A stretch of 64,000 bases of DNA from Octopus sinensis (taxonomy: Eukaryota). The stretch's first letter is position 1. Each line of letters starts with the position of its first letter. Positions 1 to 13,340 of the stretch are shown here, piece after piece. A program made the position numbers and the translations under genes. The stretch is from the NCBI RefSeq assembly GCF_006345805.1, contig NC_043002.1, positions 30,690,001-30,754,000 of the forward strand, written 5' to 3'. The notes beneath the pieces are model-generated. The model was not told the origin of the DNA and made no database searches. It saw only the letters and a program-made list of their open reading frames with translations.

Positions 1-60
1 ACATACATACATACCCATACATACATACATATATATATACATTATATATACATGTACACA

Positions 61-1295
61 CACAAAGGGTGTTCATTAAAGATTTTCCCTGACCCACTTC
101 CCAAGGAATGGGATAAACGAAACTTGGCGTACTTATTAGTCCTCCTCTACATAGCCACCATCAATGGTGACACACTTCTCTCATCGCTTTTATGCAACCG
201 AGAAAACTTCGGCTGGAGATGTGGGTAAGTTGTGTCTGGAGCGAAGACTTTACCTCAGAAATATGACCATCATCATCTGAAAAGTGCTTCCCCTTCAAAA
301 AGACTACGTATTGGAGTCTACCTTCTCCTGCTGAACAATTGAGTCCACCTTCTCCAAGACTTGTCTTGGAGAGGGTGGACTCCTATGATCAACATGTCAC
401 GCCTCTCTGCTTTCATGGCTTCCTGTAATTTCTGAAGCCAGAAGCATAATATGCCCCGTTAATTGTGGTGTCCTTTGCCAGAATATCCATCAACATTACT
501 CTGCGCTGGTCCCAAGAGACTGCGAGCATCACCTTGCTGGATGAGGGTTGGACACGATCCTCCGTTGCAGGTGGTGAGTTATGTATGCTTATGTATGCTT
601 ATGTATGCAATTGCTTCCATTGCTTTGACTAGACTTTAGTCTTAGGATAATATTTCGTCCTGTGTGGTGTGTCAGCTGAAAAAATTCCTCCGCGTTTTCT
701 TTGCATATTGCCAAAAGAGCCTTGGAGCAACTGACTCGTTCCTGCTTCTCGAAAGCTGTGAGCATCCGGGGAATCGATCGTGTAGACAACTTCCGCATGT
801 GCAAATCGTCGTGAATGATTTTTTTCCATGCACCATACACTTATCTCCACTTCTTGGAGTAGTTTCCGAATAGTTATGTGAAGAACTTCCAAAATGGCGG
901 CTTCCACTTTATGAATGGGGTCGTCATCAATGATGGTGTAAAGTGGTCGTCTAGGAATTGGAGCAGTTTCCACTGATGTCTCACCACATTTCAATTGGTG
1001 ATGCCAGTGCTTTACTACGTCGTATGATGGCTCATCATCACTATAAGCTCTTTACATCTCATCGAAAGTCTTTTTGGTGTATGGCCTTTCAATAATAAGA
1101 CCTGACAACTGATCTGCATTCAACCGCCTCCATTAGAGTCCACGTCAGCAGCCGTAAACGACAAACGAATACTAGAAGAAAGCTACAATTTATAAGGTGA
1201 CATAAAGAGACATGTATGATTATACCCGTACAAGTTCCGTTACCTGCACTTAGCGAAAGTGGGTCAAGGGAGATCTTTAGTGAAAACCCCTAGTA
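61..1295 (-). mobile_element. Full-length degenerate mariner transposon (~1.23 kb) with ~40-bp TIRs
   Basis: Left end 61 CACAAAGGGTGTTCATTAAAGATTTTCCCTGACCCACTTC matches the reverse complement of the right end (TACTAGGGGTTTTCACTAAAGATCTCCCTTGACCCACTTTC). Minus-strand frames give the HTH region (DDEPSYDVVKHWHHQLKCGETSVETAP), LHMRKLSTRSIPRMLT (WVPRLLT-like), SKVMLAVSWD and a terminal YVEE; broken by frameshifts and stops. Confidence 0.92.
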
Positions 1296-1341
1296 TATAT
1301 AATTGAAAGTTTTCAATTGTGGAACACGACTGTCACGACAT

Positions 1342-1377
1342 AACCTGATGACTGCGTAACACATGAAAGTACTAGTT
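1342..1377 (+). ncRNA. Minimal type I hammerhead ribozyme motif (PLE-type)
   Basis: AAC-CTGATGA-CTGCGTAACACAT-GAAA-GTAC-TA-GTT: helix I AAC/GTT, canonical core, helix II TGCG/CACA, 1-bp helix III with palindromic AGTACT, CUA cleavage triplet. Confidence 0.7.
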
Positions 1378-1629
1378 TAATTCAATATTGGGAAATTGTA
1401 AAACCTGCAAATAATAAAACGTGAAAATTAGATTAAGTGTGAATTTCATTCAGTTAAATACACACGCACAAACACACAGACACACACACATATGCATATG
1501 TACGCATATGTGCACACATATATTGTGTAAATACATGTATCTTTAAATATATTACGTATATACACACATATATATGTGTGTGTTTATGTATATATACATA
1601 CATATAAATATATATATATAGATACGTAT

Positions 1630-1671
<42 letters not shown>

Positions 1672-2144
1672 GAAACCATATTTTATTTATACACTTGATT
1701 TCACCTCTGTTGGAAAGGAAATAACTACACATGTTTTATTCTAGCTGGTTTTATATCGTGTACGTGTGAGCACACGTGTTTACATAAGAGAAGAATATAT
1801 TACCAAACTGTTGTGAGGTTATTCTGAAAGCCATTTAATCTTGAAAAATATTAGCTGCCATAAGTGACACTTGAGACGAGCTTGTCGCAGAACTGGTATC
1901 TGAATATTTGCAACGACGTGACTGTGAAATGTAAGCCAAACGACACCTGTTCTGCAGGTTTTCCTTGTCAGATGTGCGACTAGTATAGAGTTCACACTAA
2001 AAGCATAGTACATATTATATCTAAATGCGCACGCGCAGCCATAATATACACACGTAAACACACACAAATATACGTGCATACACACATATTACACATATAC
2101 ACACTTACTTAGGTATTTGTGTAATACATACGTATATATATACG

Positions 2145-2204
<60 letters not shown>

Positions 2205-2433
2205 TATATATATATAATATATATATATATATATAATATAGATATATATATATATATATATTATATATATACATACAACACATGCATATATATATATATA
2301 TGTGTATATACATACATACACACACATATATATGTCTGAAACTACTCGCATACAAACACAAATATTTACATAAGACATTACATATCTACACTCACTGGCG
2401 GTCGTACATATATATATATATATATATATAATA

Positions 2434-2822
2434 GGCGAAGGAGTGGCGGTGTGGTAAGAGGCTTGCTTCTCAACCACATGGTTCTAGGTTCAGTTGCACT
2501 GCGTGGCATCTTGGGCAAGTGTCTTTTAATATAACATCGGGCCGTTCAAAGCATTGTGAATGGATTTGGTTGACGGAAACTGCGCGTGTGTGTGTGTGTG
2601 TATGTGTGCGTGTGTATTTGTATGTCTGTCTTTGTCTCCCCCACCGTAGCTTTACACTCGATGTTGGTGTGTTTACGTTCCCGTAACTTAGCGGTTCCGC
2701 AATAGAGTTCGATAGAACATTACTAGGCTTACAAAGAATATGTCCATTGGTGTCAATTTGTACAACGAAAATCGGTGCTCCAGCATGGCCGCAGTCAAAT
2801 GACTGAAACAATTGAAGAGTAA
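2434..2822 (+). mobile_element. tRNA-derived SINE (octopus-type, bipartite with internal CA/TA microsatellite)
   Basis: Head GGCGAAGGAGTGGCGGTGTGGTAAG...GGTTCAGT (A/B-box-like) and 3' end GGTGCTCCAGCATGGCCGCAGTCAAATGACTGAAACAA; many homologues in the window. Confidence 0.85.
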
Positions 2823-2850
2823 ATGAGTAATATATATATAGATATATATA

Positions 2851-2889
<39 letters not shown>

Positions 2890-3059
2890 TATATATATTT
2901 TTATATATGTATATTACTTCTATCTATTTATATGTACTTCTATGTTTGTATGTCTGTGTGTGTGTCTGTGTGTTGGCGTGTGTGTGCGTCTGTGTGTTTG
3001 CGTGTCTGTGTGTCTGTGTGTAGCTCAATTAGCTAATTTGTTAGACCAATAGATACTAG

Positions 3060-3785
3060 AATCTTCTGCGATTTTCCCTGTATCTCGACAAAGGTGTTAA
3101 AAACACCGACCTTTGAGCTGCATTTTCATCTTGGAGAAGAGATGGAAGTCTGCAAGTACTAAATTTGGGGAATGGGGCGGGTGCGGAAGTGATACCATGT
3201 TGTTTTTGGCGAGAGGCTCAATAGTGACGAGACCTCGGTGACAGAGTGCTCTGTCATTCTGAAAACCCCAATTCTTCGCGCTCCAGAGATCCGGTCGCTT
3301 TCGCCGAATGCCCTCCCTGAGACGCTTCAAAACGTCGCAGTAACACTTTCGATTGACTGTCTGGCCCTGGAGGACGAATTTTCGATGTACAATTTCACAT
3401 TTCTGGAGATGACGCTTGTGGCTGTTCTTTAATATCACTCATCGTTATCCAGGGCGATTTTCCGCCTTTCAGACTCCCGTGCGTACGACCCATTGCCTCC
3501 TTGCTGTATGCTTGCCGAAACATGTTCATTGTTTCTGTAGCAGACTTTCCAAGTTTAACGCAAAATTTCACATTGGCTCTTAGCTTCTATCCATGACAAA
3601 ATCGCAGACTATAACGTACACGTGATCACAAAAACACAAATTTCACAACTTGCGAAATACAGGGATGTCACTCAGCGCACTGCCTCATGAAAGTCACTGT
3701 TAGCACTCACTGCACACGCGACCTTGTGTTGCCATCTGTTGGCACGCTACGGAACCATTCAGGGTACTTTTTGATACTCCCTCTG
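3060..3785 (-). mobile_element. Second mariner remnant, internally deleted, one TIR visible
   Basis: ORF 3097-3438 (GQTVNRKCYCDVLKRLREGIRRKRPDLW...PHPPHSPNLVLADFHLFSKMKMQLKGRCF) matches the mariner catalytic C-terminus. N-terminus NVKFCVKLGKSATETMNMFRQAY at ~3500-3590. TIR-like GAGGGAGTATCAAAAAGTACCC at ~3760-3785. Middle of the ORF is missing. Confidence 0.88.
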
Positions 3786-4056
3786 CTCTGTATTAACGCT
3801 TCCCGCTCATTAATGTCTGAGCTCAAATTGTGCTGAAATCATCAGTATGGATTATCATCCTTCGTCTCTGTCTCCCATCTCTCTCCCTCTCACACACTCT
3901 CTTTCACTCTTTCTCTCTCACTCACACATATTCATACACACTTTCTCTCCGTCTCTCTCTCCTCTCCTTGCTATTTATCTCTATCTCTCTATCCTCATCT
4001 CCTTTTGCATTTCTGTATCTATCTATCTCTGTCTTTGCCTCTCTCTCTCTCTGTTT

Positions 4057-4057
<1 letters not shown>

Positions 4058-4087
<30 letters not shown>

Positions 4088-4101
4088 AAGAAGAAGAAGA
4101 A

Positions 4102-4149
<48 letters not shown>

Positions 4150-4196
4150 AAGAAGAAGAAAGAAGAGGAAGAAGAAGAGAAAAGAAGAAGAAAGAA

Positions 4197-4227
<31 letters not shown>

Positions 4228-4273
4228 AAGAAGAAGAAGAAGAAGAAGAAGAAAAGAAGAAGAAGAAGAAGAA
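4058..4273. repeat. (AAG)n microsatellite
   Basis: Direct reading; explains the poly-K/R/E/L/S ORFs. Confidence 0.97.
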
Positions 4274-5277
4274 ATTGTTCTTGTGTGGGATGGTTTTTCT
4301 AGGACTCAAACCCTTAAACAGCTGATAAATATGCACAAATCGGGAATCTGAAATGAATTTACGCTTCCGCTTGATGCATGCGAATATTTCAAGGAACTTT
4401 TCAGTAAAAAAACATTTTCGGTAAATTTGGTAAAGTGAATATTTTAACGGTACTTTTCAGTATTGAGAATGTAAATTTTCTTGTGCGAACATCTAATAAC
4501 CATTATAGATTAAAAATTACTATTAAAATCACTCCAAAGTAAAAGAGATATCTTTTTTTACTCTCCGACTCGGTACACAATGGTGCAATCTTTTCCCGCC
4601 GATTAAGTGTTAAACAAGCTCAAATCCCACTATATGTCACCATGATACATGAAAGGGCCGAAAGGGAAAGAGGAAGCCATATATGTGCAGAGTGGGAGGA
4701 GAAAAAGAGTGAGAGATTGAGAAAGAGAGGTGGGGAAAGAGATGCGTACACTAGCATACAACGACATATATTATATATTACTGTGTCTGTTCTTATTTTT
4801 TTTGCAAGATTTTCTTGCAACTTAACACAATTAGAATACGTTTGATTTCAAAGCGTAATTTCCATATTTGCCCACACACAGACAAATGTAGGACGGGAGC
4901 CTGTATATGATAATGTATGTGTACGAGTATGCACGCACGCATACATCTGTGTGTGTTTCTGAAGAGAAATACATACATGAATATGTATATGTGTATGATC
5001 CTGTGCACCTGTGTGAATATAATCTACAATTCCGAAGTATTATATTTTAAGAGTTGGATTCTTGACATCTGTTCGCATAACTTCATATTCGAAAACACAC
5101 AGAAAAAGAATATAATTCATAGCATTTATACATGCATATGTACACACAAATACTTACACATACACCAGCACACACACACACACACACACACACACCACAC
5201 ACACACACACTCACACACATAAATATATTACTCATAGATATGCATACAGTAGATACGTATATATGTATATATATAAT

Positions 5278-5309
<32 letters not shown>

Positions 5310-5940
5310 AATATACATATATATATATATGTGTGTGTGTATGTGTCTGTGTTTGTGTATACTATATATATGGGCACATAAATATACACACATATATAAA
5401 TACGCATAAGTCTATATACATATACAGGGAGAAATATATTGCACAAACATTAATACATATATGTATGAAATATGTATGCGTACAACACTCAGTTTTGACG
5501 ATCCTGGAGGAGGAAACATATTATATGTCAAGAGCGTTATCTATGACGAAGGCTCATATTAAATTTACATTCATGTGTACGTATATGTTTGTCTTTGCTT
5601 GCGTGCGCGCCTGGGTATGTGTGTGCGCGCCCGGGTATGTGTGTGCGCGCGCATGTGTGCATTTATTACATAAAATGATGGTAGTGAAAACTATTTTCAC
5701 CCGATAGCTGACTAATCGCAACTATGGCTGAAATTGAGGGATTTGTAGTATTTAATGGATACGAAAACAAGTAAAACCTGAGTAGTCGGCCATTTAATAA
5801 ACATGTCTGTCCACTCTATCACATGGATTGAATTGTGTACCAGGTAATACTTGCATCTTGTGCAGTATATATACTATTATATAACTAAGAATCCTCATAT
5901 ATATATATATATAAATATATATAAATATATATATATATAT

Positions 5941-6453
5941 TTACTCTCTTACTCTTTTAGTTATTTTAGTCATTTGACTGTGACCATGCTGGAGCACCAC
6001 CTTTAGTCGACCAAATCGACCCCAGGACTTATTGTTTGTAAGCCTAGTACTTATTCTATCGGCCCCTTTTGCCGAACCGCTAAGTTACGGGACGTAAACA
6101 CACCACCATCGGTTGTCAATTGATGGAGGGGGGCAAACACAGACACACAAATACACATACAAACATATATATATATATTTAAGCATGAAGATTCAAAGGA
6201 TTCACACAAACTTCTCCCCCAAGGACATACCTCTCCACTCCGACAAAACTTACACGACGACTCTCATCCACCGGACCACAGACTATATAATATATATATA
6301 TATATATTCATATATACGACGGGCTTCTTTCGGTTTCTGTCTACCAAATCCACTCACAAGGTTTTGGTCGGCCCGAGGCTATAGCAGAAGGTGCCACGCA
6401 GTGGGACCGAACCCGGAAGCATGTAGTTCGTAAGCAACAACTTACCACACAGC
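5941..6453 (-). mobile_element. tRNA-derived SINE, same family as 2434
   Basis: Reverse complement of the 2434 family head and tail around an internal AT tract. Confidence 0.85.
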
Positions 6454-6849
6454 GCGAGGAGCCGATGCAACAACATGAGACCTATTGGTACACGTAATTT
6501 AATGGTGTGTACAGCATTAATAACGAATTACATTTCAAAAGAATTTGTAATGTTTGACATGGTCCAAATTTCTCTGAGATCTTTATGGCCATCACCAGAA
6601 ATTTGGGCTGCACAGTAACGGACTGCACAGCGTAAGAAGTATAATATATTGACACCACAACTTCATACTTTATATTTGTAACTACTGTTGGCTATACTAT
6701 GCAATCTCAACATCTTCGTAGAGCTAGATATATACGGAATAATATATATTTCTTTCCCACCTAAGATGTTTGGCTAATTACCAACAGGTCTTAGTTCCTC
6801 ACGACCTGAGTCTAAGAGAGACTACTTCTATTATGCGGAGATGATCAGG

Positions 6850-7045
6850 GTGTTGAACTAGCAAAATCGTTAGCATGTCGGACAAATTGCTATTTACGTT
6901 CTGAGCTCAGATTTCGCCGAGGTCGACTTTGTCTTTCATTCTTTCGTGGTCGATAAAATAATTACAAGTCAGTCACTGGATTCGATGCAAATGACTCCGC
7001 CTTTCCTGCAAAACCTAGCCCTGAAACAAAATTTCAAGCCATTAC
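6850..7045 (+). mobile_element. SINE with MetaSINE-like central domain
   Basis: TTACGTTCTGAGCTCAGATTTCGCCGAGGTCGACTTTGTCTTTCATTCTTTCGTGGTCGATAAAATA. Homologues at ~7900-8105, 12505-12705, 19390-19495, 27095-27230, 31600-31790 and 57255-57430. MetaSINE label is from recalled consensus. Confidence 0.75.
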
Positions 7046-7646
7046 GTGGTGATGGTCAGCTTGCTTAATTCAGGTGATTGACACGCTACAAGTTATTCAT
7101 TGTTTTTAGTAAACAGAATATTTCGGTCTCTAAGGCCAAAACCTCTGTTAAACATCGTCACATTGGTGACGGCCGGGTGATCAAATCCACAAACAGTATA
7201 CTTAGATGAACATGCAAAAAACAATACGAGGTGTAATGTGACGCTCCAAATTTTCGAGTGTTTCGAAGTGCAGGGTGTGATATAAGAATTAAGGACTCAA
7301 GCTAGAATCGAAACCGCATTACAAACAGTTACTTGCTCCCTTTAGTAGATGGAATAGCAATTTTTAATAGAATTTAGAAAGTTGAACATCTGACTCTAAA
7401 GATAACATATGTTGCACATCTGCTTCAAATAAATATCACAGATACTGCACGAGTGTAAATAAGAAGGTCACATTGTACACAAATGAATTAAGCAATGAGA
7501 ATTCTTATTTGTGCGAATCTTGCGAAGAAAGTTAATGCCTGCATGATTTACTCATCTAATTCCAAAACGTTACCTGAGAGTACCGATATATAGAAATATT
7601 GACACTGCTTTGTTATATATAATACAAGGTTGCCGTAGTATTATAA

Positions 7647-8905
7647 CAGTAACCGGAAGTAAATAAATGAATAGATAAACTGATCAGGTGAAGATACAAC
7701 TACTCAGAAATACCGGATATGTAATATATAACGGGATTAAATATTCGGGTATAAATATTTTCGGTTATAAAAACGGCTTGGCCTGATTTTGGTACGATTT
7801 AACTATATAAGAGAGAGAATATGTACGTGGTATTAAGTATACTACAGAAATCTCCCAGGAATCACATTCTCCTGCTTCTAAAACTAGATTGAATCTGTGT
7901 GACGAGCTGGCTGAATTGTTAGGACGTTAGAAGTTGTGTAGCGGCATTTCTTTCAACTTTACGTTCTGAGTTAAAATGCTACTGAGTTCGATTCGCCTTT
8001 TACCCCTTTGAAATCGAAAAAATAAGCTCAGCTGATCACTGGTCTCGATGTAATCGAATCGCACCTTCTCCTAAAATTTCTGAAATTGCTTCAAAACTTG
8101 ATTTTAAACATTGCTTCAGACACTGCATATAACGTAATTTGAGAAACATTGAATAAAAGGCAGGATGGTCATAGATGGAATATGCCTAATATATCTGCTT
8201 GAGATTCTCTGATTTGGAGCTAAGTAAGAATAACAACGCAGAACAAAAGTGTTTTAAACTTTAGGAAGTACTTTAGTGAAGAAAATCATAAAAGTACGCA
8301 GGAAGCAAAGTGAGGAAAACGTGAAACGAAAATAAAATATCATTTCAGAGCATAGAAAAAGGTTTAGTAGAGTGTTGATGATGTGTAACTTAAACAAGCA
8401 GACACCTCTTATAGTTCTAAAGTCAATGACCCTGAACTCCTCTTAGGAAATCTTTCCTCGTGTATAACTAGATAAATTTGCTGTCAAACAATAAGCAAAG
8501 AAAGTGTTGTAATAAAAATGCAATGTTTTTTTAAAATTTGTTTTTCAACAAGGCCAAGCACTTGGTGAATGTCCGCCCGGACATGATAAAGGTCATGAAG
8601 ATATGACCCTCATCGCTGTTGTTACAAAACTTAGTGTCACTCTGAGGGAGGTTAATTACTTTCATTGGCATGGTCTAGAGGGCTGGCGGGGAGGCAGTGA
8701 CGCTCAGTTTAGCAATAACTTATTCAGGATACACGTGCAGAATAAAATGATAACTACACCGTATAACAAACCAAAATAACACCCAGTAACCGGAAGTAAA
8801 TAAATGAATAAACTGTTCAGATGAGGTTACAACTGCTCAGAAATACCGGATGTGTAACATATGATGGGATTAAATATTCGGGTATAAATATTTTCGGTTA
8901 TAAAA
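7647..8905 (+). repeat. Dispersed ~125-bp direct repeat (7647-7772 and 8784-8905)
   Basis: Both copies read CAGTAACCGGAAGTAAATAAATGAATA...CTCAGAAATACCGGAT...GGGATTAAATATTCGGGTATAAATATTTTCGGTTATAAAA. Confidence 0.9.
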
Positions 8906-9184
8906 CCTATTGGCGGGTGTTGTAGAACGAAGGTTAAGAAGCGTATTTCGAGAATTCAGGTTTGTGTCTCAATCCCTAGTTACAGTGAATTCATTTCATT
9001 TACGTCCATAGTGTCTGTGAGAAACATTTGAACAACATAATCACTCTATTTTATAGATCTTTGAGACATGGCAATCTAATTAAGAAGTTCGCTTTGGAAC
9101 CACGAGATTTTGGGTTCAATCCCACTGCATAGCATCTACAGCAAGTGCCTTCTACTATAAGCCTGGACTAACCAACGTCTTGGT

Positions 9185-9489
9185 GGAGGCACATGGCCTA
9201 GTGGTTAGAGCAGCGGACTCGCGGTTGAGGGATCGCGGGTTCGAATCTCAGACAGGGCGATGTGTGTGTTTATGAGCGAAACACTTAAGCTCCTCACGGC
9301 TCCGGCAGAAGGTAATGACGAACTCCTGCTGACTCTTTCGCCACAACTTTCTAGCACTCTTTCCTCCTGCATCTTGCAGCTCCCCTGCGACGGACAGGCG
9401 TCCCGTCCAGGTGGGGAACCTATACGCCAAGGAAGCCGGGAATCCAGCCCTAATGAGCCAGGCGTAGCTCGAGAAGGAACAAACAACAG
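9185..9489 (+). mobile_element. tRNA-headed SINE nested in an older SINE (9063-9700), with TSD
   Basis: A box TGGCCTAGTGG (9194-9204), B box GGTTCGAATCTC (9238-9249), (AAC)-type tail. Flanking duplication CCAA(C/A)GTCTTG at 9172-9182 and 9490-9500 lies within the host SINE. Confidence 0.85.
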
Positions 9490-10104
9490 CCAAAGTCTTG
9501 AGAGTGAATTCGATAGTGAAAATCTGTAGAAGCCCATAATGTATTTATGTATATATGTATGTATGTATATGCGTGTGTATGTTTGTGCGTGTGTCTTTGT
9601 GTTTGTATTAGTCCTCGCCTTCATGTTTTGACTATCGGTGCTGGTTTGTATACGCAACTTAGTGACTAGACAAAAGACGCCAGACTAATAATTAATAAGT
9701 ATAGCGCTTGATTTGTTCGATAAAAAAACAAAAAACAAAAAAATGCTGCTTCAAAACGGTGCCTCAAAATGGCTGCACTTCACTGAAATAAATAATACTT
9801 AAGAGATATGTAATAGACGTACTGTAAATATTCAAACATGCTGAGTCGCTCATAAAATTTCGATTCCACGTTGAAATGCTTTCAGTCCACTCTTTCAATG
9901 AATGGAACCCATAGCATTTGCAGTCCCTCCAAGTCTATAGAGATCAATAATATTGATTAGTCTTTCGTTTCATCTCCTTCCCAAGGACTTTTCGAATGAT
10001 TTCTTACCTCAATGATGCGGATAAGTTGCTCTAAATCTCGGATTGCTCCATTCGGATTACACTTGATCTATGGTCATAAACACACACATGTAGAGATATA
10101 TACA

Positions 10105-11168
10105 AACAGGCTAAGCAAATTCTGGACAACCAAAGCATTCTATAGGGGATTAGTGGAGGGAGGTACAACGACGAGCTCGGGGCGAACCTGGACGTCGACG
10201 AGGAATACCTGAGTCGCCTGTTCGGGACGACATTCGGGCCAGGGCCCATGGACAACTTCCAGAGATCCCTGGCCTGGCAGTGCTACCGAGAAGCGCTACC
10301 CGTTCGGGATAAGCTCTACAGACACGGCTCGAGAAACACGGGGCCGACCTGCCCGAGATGCGGCCAGAGCGACGAAACCGTTCTGCACGCATCGTGCAGT
10401 GTCCAACAATTTCCGACCTGTGGGCTTATGTCGAACAACTGCTGTCACGTGTGGGACGAGTCGGTTTATCAGCTGAGTCTATCGTCAATATTGTCACGCC
10501 TCCTTCCTTCAAACGGGAAGGAAGAGATATTTTCATCATCCTTGTGGCTATGGCGAAAGAATGTATCTGGTGGACACGTCTGAAAGGATTGGAGACAAAC
10601 ACTTTCCTCTCCGGTCAATCTCTCATCAAATTCTTCAAGTACCACTTGAAAAGGAAAGCGAGAGTAGAGAGGCAAGTTTGTCTAGCGAATGTTTTAAAAA
10701 AGATGGGTGAATGTAGCAAGTATGAATGACAAAGCCACCTTGAGCATAATCCTATGAGCCCAGAAATTGAAAACAGAGGGTTACCCACTTGCAAACAAAT
10801 GTGGTAACATATAACAATATTGACCGAGGTTACCGTGGTCTTTTTCGTAGGCTTTTCTTCCCACGGATAAACCTCATCCGCTTCCCCTTTACACCGTACC
10901 TCATGACACTGTGATACACGATTCCTATTGATCGTTTTTTGGGGTTTTTTTCCTCTTCCCCTTTTTTCCTCTTTTTTCTTCTTTTTTTCCTTTTTCTTTT
11001 CCTTTTCCTTTTTTCCCCTTTTACGATCCCTTTTGATCGAAAACCTACGCCACTTTTTTTTTTGTTTCTTTTGTTTTTTGTTTTCTGTTTTTTCCATCCC
11101 CCAAAAGAAAAGCTCTACCTTGTAATTTGTCCCATCTGTGTGCAGCCCTGTGTTGCCAATAAAGAAAC
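10105..11168 (+). mobile_element. 5'-truncated Tx1/L1-clade non-LTR retrotransposon: ORF2 C-terminus (zf-RVT-like) + 3'UTR
   Basis: FQRSLAWQCYREALPVRDKLYRHG...TCPRCGQSDETVLH...QCP...LWAYV...ECIWWTRLK resembles the CCHC zinc-binding tail of L1/Tx1 ORF2 (frameshifted). T-rich 3'UTR, AATAAA at 11158, then (TATC)n. Confidence 0.85.
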
Positions 11169-11223
<55 letters not shown>

Positions 11224-11224
<1 letters not shown>

Positions 11225-11280
11225 GTGCGAGTGTGTGCGCATGCGCCTGTGTGACGTGTGTTCGTATCACTCAACTAACG

Positions 11281-11347
<67 letters not shown>

Positions 11348-11410
11348 GTATGTGCGAGTGTGTGCGCATGCACGTGTGTGACGTGTATTCGTATCACTCA
11401 ACTAACGTAT
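11224..11410 (+). repeat. Tandem duplication of a ~125-bp unit (57-bp unique part + TATC tract)
   Basis: TGTGCGAGTGTGTGCGCATGC...TCGTATCACTCAACTAACG occurs at ~11224 and ~11350. Confidence 0.9.
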
Positions 11411-12113
11411 CTATCTACCTATCAATCTATGTGTGTGCGAGCGCACGTGTGAGCGTCTATGTTTGTGCGTTTGTGTGTGCGCGTGCGTTTGCTTTGGTGC
11501 ATTTGTCTGTGAAGGGAATGACTACAAAAACGACACTACATATCCGCTTCTACTCTCTAGATGTATGTCTAGTCATTACAGCATTTTGCCCTCTCTCACT
11601 TTCAGTGAAAATATAGAAAATTAAAAAACAAAAATGGCAGCACTGAAATGAAAGAAAACAAAACAAAAAAAGTAGAATAAAGAAATAATTATCAATTAAA
11701 CAAAATAAGAGAGCGAAAAAAAAAAAAAAGGAAGCATTCTTTGGATGAATGGCATGTGAATCAGAATTTTATCAGCAGTACCACTACAGAATCGGTAACA
11801 CTAGTGAAACTATTTACTATTTTACCGTTCAACAAACCACACGAGTTCTGTATTATAACTACTTCCGTTCCAGTTTCACTCACTCACTCACTCGCTCACT
11901 CACTCACTCACTCACTCACTCACTCACTCACTCACTCACTAACACACTCATTCACTCACGCGCTCACTCGCTCTCACACTCGTTCTCTCCCTCAATGTCT
12001 CGAACTATGTTGCTCTTCTTATTTCATCTTTCCTGACGTTGCCTTTCCTTCTTATACGTCATTCATAATGTTTGTAAATACTATTATCCTTAAAATTTAA
12101 TGGAAAACAAAAG

Positions 12114-12171
12114 TCATCATATCATCATCATCATCATCATCATCATCATCTTCATCATCATCTTCATCATC

Positions 12172-12216
<45 letters not shown>

Positions 12217-12267
12217 GTCGTCGTCGTCGTCGTCGTCGTCATCATCATCATCATCATCTTCATCATC

Positions 12268-12321
<54 letters not shown>

Positions 12322-12424
12322 GTCGTCGTCGTCATCATCATCATCATCATCATCTTCGTCATCATCATCATCATCATCATCATCATCAACATCATCATCT
12401 TCGTCATCATCGTCGTCATCGTCG

Positions 12425-12459
<35 letters not shown>
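12114..12459. repeat. (ATC)n/(GTC)n microsatellite
   Basis: Direct reading; source of the poly-D/I/M ORFs. Confidence 0.97.
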
Positions 12460-12713
12460 GTTATTGTTGTTTTTACAGTTGTTGATGCTGTTGGTGCTGT
12501 TAAGTCGGTAAGTTGGCAGAATCGCTAGCACGCCGGGCAGAATGCTTAGCGGTATTTTGTCCGTCTTTACGTTCTGAGTTCAAATTCCGTCGAGGTCTTC
12601 TTTGCCATTCATTCCTTCGGGATTGATAAAACAAGTACCAGTTAAATACTGGAAACGATGTAATCGACTTACCCCTTCCGGTCTTGTGCCAAAATTTGAA
12701 ATCAATGTTGTTG

Positions 12714-12747
<34 letters not shown>

Positions 12748-12904
12748 CATTATATTATTATTATTATTATTATTATGATTGTAATTATTGTTGCCATTGT
12801 CGTCATCATTATCATCGTCACCATTGACATCGGCATCATCATTTTCAACATCGTCATTTTCCTCGTCGTCATCATCATCTTAACCACCACCAAATGACCA
12901 AACT

Positions 12905-12936
<32 letters not shown>

Positions 12937-13040
12937 CAACACCATGATGATGATGATGATGATGATGATCATCATCATCATCATCTTTTCTGCCGCATAG
13001 AACATTTCGTTTCTCCTCGCTCATTTATCCACTGGCATAT

Positions 13041-13262
13041 TCTTTTATATGTTTCAGTCATTTGACTGCGGCCATACAGGAGCACCGCCATTAGTCGAGC
13101 AAATCGACCCCAGGACTTAATCTTTGTAAGCCTAGTACTTATTCTACCAGTCCGTGTAGCCGAACCGCTAAGTTACGGAGACGTAAACACACAAGCATGG
13201 GTTGTTAAGTGATGTTGTGGGGGACAAACACACACAAACGTATACCCGCACACACACACCAC

Positions 13263-13340
<78 letters not shown>

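Noticed and set aside
5495-5553. Protein-like frame FDDPGGGNILYVKSVIYDEGSY*
   Set aside because: Short, weak acceptor, embedded in microsatellite DNA; cannot be supported without a search.
8552-8780. Open frame GQALGECPPGHDKGHEDMTLIAVV...
   Set aside because: No recognisable domain and a weak donor.
9185-9250. tRNA gene
   Set aside because: A and B boxes are present but continue into a SINE body with tail and TSD; no acceptor-stem closure.
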